NCBI GenBank assembly: GCA_963710605.1
Contig: CAVQBA010000005.1
Span: 192,001 to 256,000, forward strand
From: an uncultured cyanobacterium
GTDB taxonomy: Bacteria > Cyanobacteriota > Cyanobacteriia > Cyanobacteriales > Cyanobacteriaceae
Direction: 5' to 3'
Length of the DNA: 64,000 bases
The notes under the pieces: generated by a model
Databases searched by the model: none
What the model was told of the DNA's origin: nothing
The model's input: only the letters and a program-made list of their open reading frames with translations
In this document: one piece after another, positions 26,340 to 36,742 of the stretch
Layout of the letters: every line of letters begins with the position of its first letter
Position numbering within the stretch: position 1 is the first letter of the stretch
Made by a program: the position numbers and the translations under genes

Positions 26340-26517
26340 TGATGAGTGAAGCGATTGGGGTATTGTTATGGGCAGATTCTATGGCTATAGTGCTGAAAAT
26401 GGTTATTGGATGTGGTGTTATTTGGTTTTACTGGATTTAGATTCTCCTTCTGCTCGTTGGTGCGTTATCGATACGGCATGGGAACAAGATTTGGAGCTGT
26501 TAGATCGAGATAAATAA
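26340..26517 (+). pseudogene. 3' remnant of a small Trp-rich cyanobacterial hypothetical gene (paralog at 30099-30545)
   Basis: Translates DWGIVMGRFYGYSAENGYWMWCYLVLLDLDSPSARWCVIDTAWEQDLELLDRDK*. Confidence 0.55.
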
Positions 26518-26519
26518 AT

Positions 26520-26548
26520 AAAAAAGGGTGCATTCCTGAATGCACCCC
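26520..26548. terminator. Hairpin terminator between convergent genes
   Basis: A-run then GGGTGCATTC-CT-GAATGCACCC; a related hairpin at 30071-30098. Confidence 0.7.
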
Positions 26549-26569
26549 GAATATCCTATTAAGCCATCT

Positions 26570-27640
26570 TTATTTGGTATCTTCAACCAACTGTTTGAGT
26601 TTTTCAAACATATTTTGATATAACCAAATTGCTAAATGTGACAATCCTAGTTTCACGGCAATCGTAGTCGGTAAGATACCAGTCCAATAAGCCTTTAACC
26701 AAATACGTTCGGTATCGATTCTATCATTAATCTTTTTAACGATGTTCGGAGCAGTGTTATAGTATTCTTTAATCAGTTCTTTTCCTGTGGGTGTAATGGA
26801 TAAGTGTGTATCTCGAAATAAACGTAAAGTTTGTAATTCCCAACAATCATCAGGAAGACCTATTACAGAACAAGTTGCTGTGGTTAAAAAGCAACGAGTC
26901 TCTGCTTTACATTTACCAGTTGTCAAATCTTTGATTAGATTATTGGTAATACCATCAATTTTTTTGTTGATTGTTCCAAGAACACTATGAAGATTTTGTA
27001 TATCAAAATGTGCTTCTAATAATGGAGAGCCAGATATTTCACTAGCAACTAATTTAATTTTTTTGTCATTACTAGATAGTGCTTTGATAAGAGTTGGATT
27101 TTTATTAGTACTATCTCTGTGATAAATGTCATAAGTAAAATACTTACCACCCCCTTTTGCTGCAGATAAATCTATTTTTTCATTTTCATACAATAAATTT
27201 GAAGTTTTTAAATCATAGAGTTTCAAATTAATAAATTCAACAGAGTTCTTATTTTTAATTAATTCTGCTATTTCAAAATTGATACTCCAAGTTTCTACCT
27301 CAGTGTAAGAAATTTTTATTGAACAAGTAAAAGGTATATTGAGTACTTTGCTAGAAGTAATTTGTTTTTGCCGAAAAGTTTCTTTAGACGGACCAAAGTG
27401 AACAGAACCGTTATACCCGACTAATTCAGGTATTCCTGCTTCATCACGTTCGTTTGCTAGAGTAAATCTGTTCTTAGCAAGAATTTCTCCCGATTGCGAT
27501 CGAATAGTTAAAACATTACTACAACGAGGTTTTTTATTTTGAGCTATTGCGGGTTTTATTTGCGTCAAACCCAATCCAGTAATTAAAGCAATAGAGCGTT
27601 TTCCTGTTGATTTTAAAAAGTTTCTTCTGTCTGTTTTCAT
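26570..27640 (-). CDS. Tat-exported protein with a C-terminal CFI-box-CTERM-like domain
   Basis: DRRNFLK twin-arginine motif; C-terminal CFLTTA...PDDCWELQTLRLFRDTHL...GKELIKEYYNTAP. Confidence 0.8.
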   Translation of the reverse strand: MKTDRRNFLKSTGKRSIALITGLGLTQIKPAIAQNKKPRCSNVLTIRSQSGEILAKNRFTLANERDEAGIPELVGYNGSVHFGPSKETFRQKQITSSKVLNIPFTCSIKISYTEVETWSINFEIAELIKNKNSVEFINLKLYDLKTSNLLYENEKIDLSAAKGGGKYFTYDIYHRDSTNKNPTLIKALSSNDKKIKLVASEISGSPLLEAHFDIQNLHSVLGTINKKIDGITNNLIKDLTTGKCKAETRCFLTTATCSVIGLPDDCWELQTLRLFRDTHLSITPTGKELIKEYYNTAPNIVKKINDRIDTERIWLKAYWTGILPTTIAVKLGLSHLAIWLYQNMFEKLKQLVEDTK

Positions 27641-27744
27641 TGTTAATCTTTTTTATTATTTATGGTAAAAAAGGACAAATATCAGAACCTTATAAACTCA
27701 TAGTTTTAAAAGTCGAATTTGTCCTAGTTAAATTGGTAGTTGTT

Positions 27745-28128
27745 TTATTCGGAAATCGAACAACTTCGAAGTACATTTGTGGTGACTAGAACTTTTTTTG
27801 CATTTGTATCCCACTGCAAAGAGGGTAGAATTCCCTGACCGCCAACGGCTTCAGTCTTGCTATAAATTTCCTCTAAAGCTAATAAATCTAATGTCAGAGA
27901 GGAAACTAAGTTCGGTTCTTGAATTTGTTCTTGAGCAGACAATATAATAATGTCTTCTGCGTCGAGTGTATCTTGGTAATTTAATTTATCTAATGTCAAT
28001 TTAGTTGAACCAATGACAAATTTATTATTACTATTCGTTGCAATACAATCATTATTAGCAGATGCTTCAACTAAGCTGGTTTGGAACAAAGCAATTATTG
28101 TGAAAGCAAGGATGTTAATTATTTTCAT
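27745..28128 (-). CDS. Small secreted hypothetical protein
   Basis: Signal peptide ending EASA; two Cys; RBS GGAG; TTGTTCGCA (minus strand) at 28293-28301. Confidence 0.7.
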   Translation of the reverse strand: MKIINILAFTIIALFQTSLVEASANNDCIATNSNNKFVIGSTKLTLDKLNYQDTLDAEDIIILSAQEQIQEPNLVSSLTLDLLALEEIYSKTEAVGGQGILPSLQWDTNAKKVLVTTNVLRSCSISE

Positions 28129-28482
28129 GGCTTTTAATTCTCCGTTAATATATTTTCTCGTTAAGTAGTTAATCTAATGTGGTGAATAAAGAAATCGATC
28201 GAAAAAGGCGATTGATAATCAATATTGTTGTAAGGGTTTGTGCCTCTGATTTTTATTATGATGATCAAACTAAATAATCTTATGTTGTTTGATGCGAACA
28301 ACAAACATATAGTTAAAGAAGGAATCATAATAGACTTGTTGCGAAATAAATAAAAATATCCAACTCTTTATTCATCTTGCCTTTATTAAATTTCTTCTTC
28401 TTTATGCTGCCTCTAGATAAAAGTTCCATAAACCTGAGGCAGTTAAAATTAGCTTATCGTCAAATTTAAACACACGATTCTT

Positions 28483-28770
28483 ATAGAACCTATTTGAGAT
28501 CTATTAACAATTAGCTAATAGCTAATCTTTTAAGCATTAATCGTAGAAAACATAAATTAATTTTAGTTGTGGCGTTAGCCAAGGTTCATTCAAAGTTTTT
28601 GACCAAGATGAATACATCTCTCCATCCAAGAATTTGTTCTTTCAATGACCAATCTAGCTTTGATAGGAACAAAACCCGATTTCCCTTGAGTTTCTTTTTT
28701 CGCTTTAGATGGTTTGTTAGCCAGTTGAAATCTTATTTTCCTCATGATACTGGGATAAACTTCTTCTAAT
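28483..28770 (-). mobile_element. IS5-family transposase 3' remnant
   Basis: GKSGFVPIKARLVIERTNSWMERC; end sequence TAGATCTCAAATAGGTTCTA. Confidence 0.7.
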
Positions 28771-29856
28771 CCCTTATTCCGCATGTTAAAAATAAACTAC
28801 AAAAACATTACCTGATATATTCTCTTTATCAAGATATTTTCCGAGAATATTTAACTTTTTTTCCATTCACTAATTTCAATTTACTCATTTTTCTTTCTTT
28901 TTTCCACCGCAAAGCCTCCCTCTTTTTTTGAGGTCTATTTATTTATTTTTCTCTCCATTTTCTACTCTAAATATAATAATATTTTTGGCAATTTTCACCA
29001 AAATAATTCACTGTTTTTTTCCTTTCTTTATTTATGTTTATTTGCTCTTACTTTTCTACTTTTATTAAATGTATTCCTTGAAATAATTGAAATATCCATT
29101 TTAATGTTGGTTTCTGGGATTGTTTTGATAGTTTAAGATTAGTTGAGAAAAGCTACTCTTTTCTGACTCACTTCCCGAACCTACTCTCATAAACAATGGG
29201 ATATCTCCATCATTTGTTGTCATTATATTGAGCAAAAATTGATTGAGATTCTGGTCTTTTGTCCCGTGAGTATCCCTTGTTTATTTTAATTATATTCTCT
29301 TGACAATATTTTGATTCTTCTCCATAATTATATTCTCCTTGAACCGATATAGATGTCCCATCCAAATGACTAAATTCTGTATCTAATTTAAATACGTTGA
29401 TGGTGTTTATGCCGATTTTTGTCCATAATGATTCCACAGATATATCATAGAGTTTATCCATTACTCTCCCTATTTTATCGTCATTAATTAATTCTGCTTT
29501 AATCCCAGAACCTAATAACTTATCTACTGGTTTGTCTTGAAAATATTGTGGAAATAAATATAATGGTTTGGATAAAAATCCTAAGCCATTAAGAATGATT
29601 GCCTTGACAATTAAACCTTGCAGAAATTTTTTCTCGCAAATCTTGAGGTATCATAGAATCGACGAGAGCGTTCAATTTGTAAATCATCGATAATACCTGC
29701 AACTAATCCTAAATGGTCTAAGTTTTGAACTTGTATTTGTTGAGTCATGACAACCCTCGTATCTATATTTATTCAATTATCCTCTTTTTTTCTGTCGATT
29801 TATCTAAGTATATTTATTTAGATGTTTCTCTTTCAAATTAAACTGCGGAATGTGGG
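28771..29856 (-). mobile_element. IS1634-family element, internally deleted or degenerate
   Basis: Fragments MTQQIQVQNLDHLGLVAGIIDDL, ILNGLGF, SHLDGTSISVQGEY, GYSRDKRP; imperfect TIRs CCCTTATTCCGCAT / CCCACATTCCGCAG. Confidence 0.75.
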
Positions 29857-30040
29857 CTATAACACTGCTCCAAACATCGTTAAAAAGATAAATGATAGAA
29901 TCGATGCCGAACGTATTTGGTTAAAGGCTTATTGAACTGGTATCTTACCTACTACGATCGCAATCAAACTAGGTTTCTCACATTTAGCAGTCTGGTTATA
30001 TCAAGAAATGTTTGAAAAACTCAAACAGTTGGTCGAATAG
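29857..30040 (+). pseudogene. Truncated paralog of the 3' end of the CFI-box-CTERM gene
   Basis: YNTAPNIVKKINDRIDAERIWLKAY*TGILPTTIAIKLGFSHLAVWLYQEMFEKLKQLVE*, near-identical to the 26570-26763 protein tail; cut by the IS1634 end. Confidence 0.85.
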
Positions 30041-30098
30041 ACTAAACAAGAAGGGTTTAATAGAGCGTTCGGGGTGCATTTCGAGTGCACCCTTTTTT

Positions 30099-30545
30099 AT
30101 TTATCTTCATCTAATAACTCCAAATCAACTTCCCAAGCAGTATCAACTAAGCACCAATCGCTAAAGCGTGAATCTAGATCGAGTAATATTAAATAACACC
30201 ACATCCAACATTGATTGGCTAGGCTATAACCATAAAATCTCCCTATGACAATATTCCAATCAGTTAACTGCTCTCGATCGAATAATCGTCATCGTATAAC
30301 TTGCCCCATTGCATACATTAGTTTTTTGGTATCGAGAAAAAAGGAAGTATTATCGCTAGGAAGAGGTAAATTTTGATTAGCAGATAAAAGATTAGATATA
30401 GTTTTTACTTCCTCTTTCTTTTTCGATCGTCAGAAAATAAGTGATAGCTGTATAGTCTGCTAAATGTTGTAACCGAACTTCATCCAGATTAATTTTTAGT
30501 TTTTGGAATAATTGTCTGGCTTTCTGGCAAAGTAATCAATAATCA
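30099..30545 (-). pseudogene. Degraded Trp-rich hypothetical gene, paralog of 26340-26517
   Basis: ...DWNIVIGRFYGYSLANQCWMWCYLILLDLDSRFSDWCLVDTAWEVDLELLDEDK* with internal stops upstream. Confidence 0.6.
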
Positions 30546-30687
30546 TTTTGTTTCTATTTTAACCCAGTAATTATAAGGAGTTAAAATAGCTTGATTTTGT
30601 TGTTCGCACCATAATCGAACAAGACGATATATTACTAACGTATCTTAGTTATTATCACCGCAGTTAAAAAGGAGAAAGTTAGTACAA

Positions 30688-31083
30688 ATGAAAAAGATAT
30701 CAACTAATGGTAAAGGTTTTTTAGTTTCCTTAATTACATTATCAATGTTTTTGTTGAATGATTCTGTTGCCAGTGCCTTTCTTTTCGTCAATTGGAGTAA
30801 ATTTGAAGTAAAAGATGTTCATCCATGGGGATTTACTAATATTGTTGTTTTAGAAGACGAAGATAAACAAGAAAAATGGTATTTCATCCCAAAACATAAT
30901 GCTTTAGAAAGCTGTGACATTAATGAAGGAGATACAATTAAAGCGAGAGTATCAGAAGACAGCAAACAGTATAACGAGTATTTAGAAAGTATCAGAAATA
31001 AACCTTTGACGAAACAATTGACTAAATTTGTCGCAAATCGTTCTATTATTCGTCTTCAAGGCTGTTACAATTATGAACCTTAA
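30688..31083 (+). CDS. Small secreted hypothetical protein
   Basis: RBS AAGGAG; signal peptide ending VASA; TTGTTCGCA at 30600-30608. Confidence 0.75.
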   Translation: MKKISTNGKGFLVSLITLSMFLLNDSVASAFLFVNWSKFEVKDVHPWGFTNIVVLEDEDKQEKWYFIPKHNALESCDINEGDTIKARVSEDSKQYNEYLESIRNKPLTKQLTKFVANRSIIRLQGCYNYEP

Positions 31084-31206
31084 TAAAAATTAGATTCGTA
31101 GTTTTGAAACGGCAACTATAATTTAAGTCTCGCTATCGTACCATACAGTATGATTAACAGTGAGGCTTAAATTTTTATTTATTTGGTCTTCTATCATCTG
31201 AATATA

Positions 31207-31606
31207 TCAAGCTGTTTTTGACTGTTGTTTTAATTTGATGATTAAGTTTTGATAATGTTCTAGGGCGATACTACGAATTAAATGATGTAACCCCAAAACA
31301 CGTTGATTATTGTGATTGACCGATTCGTCAACCAAGAAGCGGTAAAATAGAGTCTGTAATGCCATTTCTTGTCTTTCTTCACTACACAATCGATTTTCTA
31401 TTCGTTTAATCAAGACTGCTAATTGCATAAACCATCCTTGATTTTGTACTGGAATTCGATAAACTCGTTGCCGCACAAATTAAATAGTAAGCATCGGGAG
31501 ATTGAGACTTTAAACGATCGAATACTGCTTTTAATCGTTGTCTATTCACTTCCAAACGAACTTTTCTCGTTAGTTTATGTAATTTCCAGTTATCATCACT
31601 ACCCAT
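31207..31606 (-). pseudogene. Frameshifted hypothetical gene downstream of tnsD
   Basis: Two overlapping same-strand ORFs (66 and 89 aa) joinable by a single-base change near 31455. Confidence 0.35.
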
Positions 31607-31805
31607 AACTTGAAGTGCATTATGTTCGGCTTCGGTAAGAGTTTTTTCTACAGTATTATATGAGTTATTTTTGATTGAATTAATCGATCGTTTTCATACT
31701 ATTAGTTTCGGAAAGAGACAACCATAGGGATATCTTTTTATTCAACGTCTTATTATATCGTTATCAAAAAACTAAACAAATATTTGTATTAATCAAGAAA
31801 AACTA

Positions 31806-33710
31806 TTAAGTTTTAACAATAATTAGTCTTTCTACCCGATCGAAGTCTTCACTTTTCAATCCTGCTAATTTCATAACTTTCCATACTTTGATATCTTGCC
31901 CTTGTTTATTTAGTCGATCGATCGCCCATCTTATCCTTCTTTCCTGAAACATTTCCACCGATTCAACAACCTTTTTCAAATAGGCTTTAGTTAAAGGTAA
32001 TTTGTCTAGCTTTTTTTCTAAAAGTGCTTTTAACCCTGTCAGAGTACCTATTTTAGTTAAAGTAATTCGATCGGGCTTTTCTTTTTGCAAAATTTCTTCA
32101 ACAACTTTTTCTATCTTAACTTTAACTTCTCGATCTCTTTGCTTCCAATCAACTCGATTATTAACCGCCGCTGAAGGTTTTTGTAGTTGTGGAGAATTAT
32201 CATTCAACCAGATACGATCGCTTCTATATAATCTGATATATAAAGCGGGAGATAATTTTCTCAGTTCAGTTTTTGTCGCATCAAGGTATTGTTTTTGTAG
32301 TTGTAGCCAGTTTTGTCTATTTTGTTCTCGATCGCGCAGCGCCGAGCTGAAGGCTCGATCGTTTTGAGCATCTTTAATTTTTTTTGAAGGTAACGATTTT
32401 GGTTTACGATCGGATTTCCATGAAGCATTTAAACTCAGTTTATCGACATAGCGATCGATCGTTCTGGTTGTCACTTTTAACTCTCTAGCAGTTGCCCTTA
32501 ATCCTAACTTTTCGTTTTCGACTAAATCTTGTAATTTTTTGTACCACTGTTCGCCATAGCTAATGATTCGATTCGGTTTATAATTATCTAAGTTAGATGA
32601 TTTTAAAATAGTTCGACTATAAACCATTCCACAACTACAAGTGAAAGTACCCAAAGGCTTCTTATTATCCAAACAATGACTTAGCTCTAGATGACGAATT
32701 ACAGGTTGTAAATAGTGATCGACAGCACCGTTAAAACAAATCCAAGGGGTATCACCAAAAGGTTTATATATTGATATTGAGGTTTGCTCGAAAAACTCCT
32801 CTACCGAACCACAAAGAAATCTCATCATTAAAATGTGACGTATGGGGTGAAAAGATTTACGATGCTTTCTCACGATATTAGATAACCAATTACTGCTATC
32901 GAGGGTGACACTCGAACTTAAATAATCCAAAATATCTTGTCCATAAAAGAAGACAAATCGATCGAACAATTTTTTCCGATTGACTCTTTTAGATGCTGTA
33001 GCGATATTTTTGAACATTAGCAAATTCATGTATTGTTCATAATACCAATTTAAAGGGCGAGGAGCTTGGGGATTATCTAACAACCATCGAACATCACCCG
33101 CTAAGTTGAATAGTATTTCTTGGGTTTGTTTAGAATACACAGTAACTGAATCGATCGAAATACAATTACTTTGATTAGCCCCCTGATAATAATGTTGATT
33201 AAATTGCTGAACAGATAAATTACTATTTTCCAAGAGAATATTATGATTAGGGCAAACCAAAACACAAGATAGTTGATGAATCCGATGCCAATAAAATTCT
33301 CCATATTTTTGCTCATCTTCTTTTAGACATTGGCGACAAAAACGAAAATATTGAGGTAGAGGTACATTACTGGCAGAAACTCCGATACGAGTGTGTATGT
33401 TGCCTCCGTAGTTTGATTTCATTGATTCCCTGATTTGTAAGGCTCTTTCAGGGGTCATAAAAGGAGCATAAAAGTTATATAGAGTATTATTTTTCATAAA
33501 ATCATCACTGGTTAACTGAAAAAAAATAGGTAATTGTTTGACCAGTGCATCTAAGCCACAAGGTAAATCGGCTGTAGCAATAATAGTCCGAGAATTGAAT
33601 AATTCTTCGATATTCGATTTCGGGCTTAAGTTACCACTACGAATTTGATACCGAGCAATACCACTATAAAGTAACTCCCCTGGATATAGTTTCGGGAAAA
33701 ATCCAAGCAT
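31806..33710 (-). CDS. tnsD: TnsD, attTn7/glmS-targeting selector
   Basis: MLGFFPKLYPGELLYS (likely start at 33710), CxxC...YWHRIHQ...CPNH zinc site, HPIRHIL, FTCSCG, RVDWKQRD C-terminal TnsD domain. Confidence 0.92.
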   Translation of the reverse strand: MLGFFPKLYPGELLYSGIARYQIRSGNLSPKSNIEELFNSRTIIATADLPCGLDALVKQLPIFFQLTSDDFMKNNTLYNFYAPFMTPERALQIRESMKSNYGGNIHTRIGVSASNVPLPQYFRFCRQCLKEDEQKYGEFYWHRIHQLSCVLVCPNHNILLENSNLSVQQFNQHYYQGANQSNCISIDSVTVYSKQTQEILFNLAGDVRWLLDNPQAPRPLNWYYEQYMNLLMFKNIATASKRVNRKKLFDRFVFFYGQDILDYLSSSVTLDSSNWLSNIVRKHRKSFHPIRHILMMRFLCGSVEEFFEQTSISIYKPFGDTPWICFNGAVDHYLQPVIRHLELSHCLDNKKPLGTFTCSCGMVYSRTILKSSNLDNYKPNRIISYGEQWYKKLQDLVENEKLGLRATARELKVTTRTIDRYVDKLSLNASWKSDRKPKSLPSKKIKDAQNDRAFSSALRDREQNRQNWLQLQKQYLDATKTELRKLSPALYIRLYRSDRIWLNDNSPQLQKPSAAVNNRVDWKQRDREVKVKIEKVVEEILQKEKPDRITLTKIGTLTGLKALLEKKLDKLPLTKAYLKKVVESVEMFQERRIRWAIDRLNKQGQDIKVWKVMKLAGLKSEDFDRVERLIIVKT

Positions 33711-33855
33711 TTGATTTGAAATAAATTGTGAAAGATGTTTGTTGCGAAAGAAAAAATTAGACAGCAAAGATGATGCAGTAGTTGAAAAACAGCTACATAA
33801 ATAGATAGGAGCGAAGTACTCAGATCAGCACAGTGTTCGCTCTATATTTATATGA

Positions 33856-34098
33856 CTAAACTGTTATTAAAGGTTGGTAATCTAGCAACTCAAACTTCCA
33901 GTAAATAGGAAATACTACCTGCTGAGTATTTGGCGGTGTTTCTACATCCAAGCAAAGTACTTCAAAGCTAATGCCATTAGAAACGTATTCTAGTTCGCTG
34001 ATGACGTGCCAAACATCTGTTTCAGAGTGCCGAATAATATCTCCTTCGGTTAATTGGTCAGCACAAATTTGGACTACTTCTACTGTCTGTGTAATCAT
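33856..34098 (-). CDS. Small acidic beta-rich hypothetical protein
   Basis: 80-aa ORF divergent from the HTH gene and upstream of tnsD. Confidence 0.55.
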   Translation of the reverse strand: MITQTVEVVQICADQLTEGDIIRHSETDVWHVISELEYVSNGISFEVLCLDVETPPNTQQVVFPIYWKFELLDYQPLITV

Positions 34099-34367
34099 AG
34101 TAATAAGACCTTTTATTTTATTGGGTTTTGAAGAGAAGGCGAATCAATGCTGTCCAGGCGCGATCGCTTTTCTCTTCTAACTTTATGATAGCGTACAACG
34201 CTTATCTATAAACATTGTATACTATTTTTATAGTTGCCAAGTAAATAATTGTAGAGGGGTAAAATATCGATCGTATTGTTAGGTACGCAATTTATCTCAG
34301 GAATTGTCTGAATAAGAAGTAAAATAAGCGACAATATACTGGTTAACTTAATATCAAACCAAAAAAA

Positions 34368-34607
34368 GTGAGTGTAGTTAGATGGAAACTTCGTGAAGTA
34401 ATGGCACGCAGACGTATTACTAACAAAGCCTTAGCTATGGAATTAAACGTTCATCCTACCAGCATTTCAAGATTGAGAACTCAAGATCTTTTACCTGAAA
34501 TTGGCGGAGAAGTTTTAGGGCGAATAATTGATGGTATTAATAAGCTAACAGTTGAAGGCTATGGAGATTGTACTTTAGAAGAGTTAACAGAATTAGTTTT
34601 AAAATAA
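34368..34607 (+). CDS. Cro/C1-type (XRE) HTH transcriptional regulator
   Basis: VRWKLREVMARRRITNKALAMELNVHPTSISRLR. Confidence 0.85.
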   Translation: MSVVRWKLREVMARRRITNKALAMELNVHPTSISRLRTQDLLPEIGGEVLGRIIDGINKLTVEGYGDCTLEELTELVLK

Positions 34608-34636
34608 TGTATGAAATATGAATGAAGAAAATATAT

Positions 34637-34892
34637 GTTTACAACGCCTAACGACATTTAATTTAGTTACAGTTATTGCCCAACAGTGCCAAGCATAAAA
34701 ATTTGTCCAGTTCACAACGCCTAACGACATTTAATTTAGTTACAGTTATTGCCCAACAGTGCCAAGCATAAAAATTTGTCCAGTTCACAACGCCTAACGA
34801 CATTTAATCTAGTTGCAGTCTTGATGTAAATCGGCTGGTATATCAACGCCTTCGAGGTTCACAACGCCTAACGACATTTAATTTAGTTGCAG
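34637..34892 (-). CRISPR. CAST mini-array, 4 repeats and 3 spacers (two spacers identical)
   Basis: 36-bp repeat (plus strand) GTTCACAACGCCTAACGACATTTAATTTAGTT(G/A)CAG at 34637, 34710, 34783 and 34857; downstream of cas5; orientation inferred from the cas genes and the AT-rich leader at 34893-35159. Confidence 0.93.
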
Positions 34893-35159
34893 GCAGTTAT
34901 TAAATTCTTAGCTATTACTTGCATGAGAAGTAAAATCGCATGAATGTTGATAATAATTTTTAAGTTACACAAAATATGATTTAATAACAACCAACTTTAG
35001 TCTCTACATCCTAAATATATTAAAAGTTTCTAGTTTTTGCAAGTACCTTTACAGTAATAATAATAGCTCAAATCTTTGTCAATATTAGTTTTTAAACATT
35101 TTGAGAACTACAATTAAGTTAACAAACAGATGTCCTTGTAAAAATTATCAGTTAGTTGT

Positions 35160-35789
35160 TTAGATCGCTTTTACAATTGTCCAAGCTGAATCTGGAGGAA
35201 TTGTTGAAGATCTCTTTTCTAGGGAATAACGTAGCCATCGAGTATTTTGTGAGCCTAGATAGTCAACCCAGTAAGGTAAAGATAAATCGCCATACTCATT
35301 TTGAACCAAATACTTTAATGTTAAATTACGATCGATCTCAGTTATCAAATCTACAGAATTTACCAAATCTCGGCTTTCTCCACAACATAAAGCACCAAAT
35401 CGACTAATTGATGCTGGATTAGCAAATGCTTCTGTAATGCGATCGCATAAACTAGGTTTAGCTCGATCTTCTCCTTTATCCACACAAACTATTAATTCAA
35501 TACCAGTTAGTATTTCCTGAAAATCTGGTCTAGTATTTTCTTTATGGTCTAGCTTTTTCTTTTTGAACCTTCTGATGGTTCTCAGAGTAATTGATTTAGC
35601 TGGTTCGGATAGTAGTGCGATCGCAATTTTTACACCACAATGTTCGTATCTGTCTGTTTCACCCACCAAAGATAGTAACATTCCATAAATAGTTGAAGGA
35701 GGTGGTACGGGATAAGTTTGCCGATATTCACGACTGCGAGAAGTAGGAAAAGAAGCAATGGGAACATCGACTCTGAGAATAATTGTCAT
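35160..35789 (-). CDS. cas5: Type I-B (Myxan/DevS-like) Cas5
   Basis: LRVDVPIASF, TYPVPPPSTIYGMLLSLVG, RFGALCCGES. Confidence 0.92.
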   Translation of the reverse strand: MTIILRVDVPIASFPTSRSREYRQTYPVPPPSTIYGMLLSLVGETDRYEHCGVKIAIALLSEPAKSITLRTIRRFKKKKLDHKENTRPDFQEILTGIELIVCVDKGEDRAKPSLCDRITEAFANPASISRFGALCCGESRDLVNSVDLITEIDRNLTLKYLVQNEYGDLSLPYWVDYLGSQNTRWLRYSLEKRSSTIPPDSAWTIVKAI

Positions 35790-36740
35790 CTATTCCCCTC
35801 TTTTATTACTTTCGATAGATAAATCTTGAGCGATCTTTTCTTTCAAAGCCTCTACTATTGCTTTTACTCCCGAACGTTTATTAACTTGTTCGTACTCGCT
35901 ACCTTGTAAATGTTCGGTGATTTCTCCTCCAATCCATAATTCGGAAGGATTGAGATCGCTACTTCTTATCTGTCTCAATAGCTTTGGTATAGAAATATCG
36001 CCTATTTCATTTTCCTCATAGCAGTATAAAAAACGTGGTGCAAAATCATTTGTCCAGCGTAAAACAATACTTTCTGGTGCAAAATCGAAGAGAAACCTAC
36101 CATGATTGCCTCCTACTCGATAGATGGAAACTATTGCATCCAATAAATCTAGAACTCTTGATTTGTCTTTGCAAGATTCTGGAGTAATGCCAAAGCCAAA
36201 TTGATATCTCGTACCGTGAAATTCTGTTCCATAGATCGAAGTACGGTCTTTTTCACCACTTTTAGAACTGAAGGTAACTTTACCGTCATAGGGAACAGTA
36301 GAGATGGCACGTGTAACGTCTAGTCTTCCCCTCCTATCTGTTACCGTACCTTTTGGCTTTTGTTTCTTTTTGCTTTTACCTTTAATTTGAGGTGTTGTTT
36401 GCTGTCGATCATCATCCTTAGTATCTTTTTTAGCACTTTCTGCTTCAAAAAAACCTAAAAGATCGTCGTCAATATAGTCAATAGCGTTAAAACTAGGCTC
36501 TTGCCAATCAGGATTTAGTTGGCTGGGTAAATCATCATTCCAAACACGATTGACGGGGATACCTGCTTTTTGCCAGTAATATCTAATTGCCCAACGTATC
36601 GCTTCAGATGACACTACAGTGTGAGTTTCTCCCTGCCAAAGTAGTTTTTGTAGGGTCGTAATATTACCTTGATTTTCCCCGCGATTATTGGCTGCCACGC
36701 CATAGAAAGTTAAAATATTACCATATAAGTGAAATGTCAT
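35790..36740 (-). CDS. cas7: Type I-B (DevR/Cst2-like) Cas7
   Basis: AANNRGENQGNITTLQK, VSSEAIRWAIR, YIDDDLLGF, VGGNHGRFLFDFAPES. Confidence 0.92.
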   Translation of the reverse strand: MTFHLYGNILTFYGVAANNRGENQGNITTLQKLLWQGETHTVVSSEAIRWAIRYYWQKAGIPVNRVWNDDLPSQLNPDWQEPSFNAIDYIDDDLLGFFEAESAKKDTKDDDRQQTTPQIKGKSKKKQKPKGTVTDRRGRLDVTRAISTVPYDGKVTFSSKSGEKDRTSIYGTEFHGTRYQFGFGITPESCKDKSRVLDLLDAIVSIYRVGGNHGRFLFDFAPESIVLRWTNDFAPRFLYCYEENEIGDISIPKLLRQIRSSDLNPSELWIGGEITEHLQGSEYEQVNKRSGVKAIVEALKEKIAQDLSIESNKRGE

Positions 36741-36742
36741 CT

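Noticed and set aside
34843-34854. CAST spacer 3 contains TCAACGCCTTCG, resembling part of the repeat
   Set aside because: Short partial match; the spacer also reads as ordinary coding sequence (LEGVDIPADLHQ)
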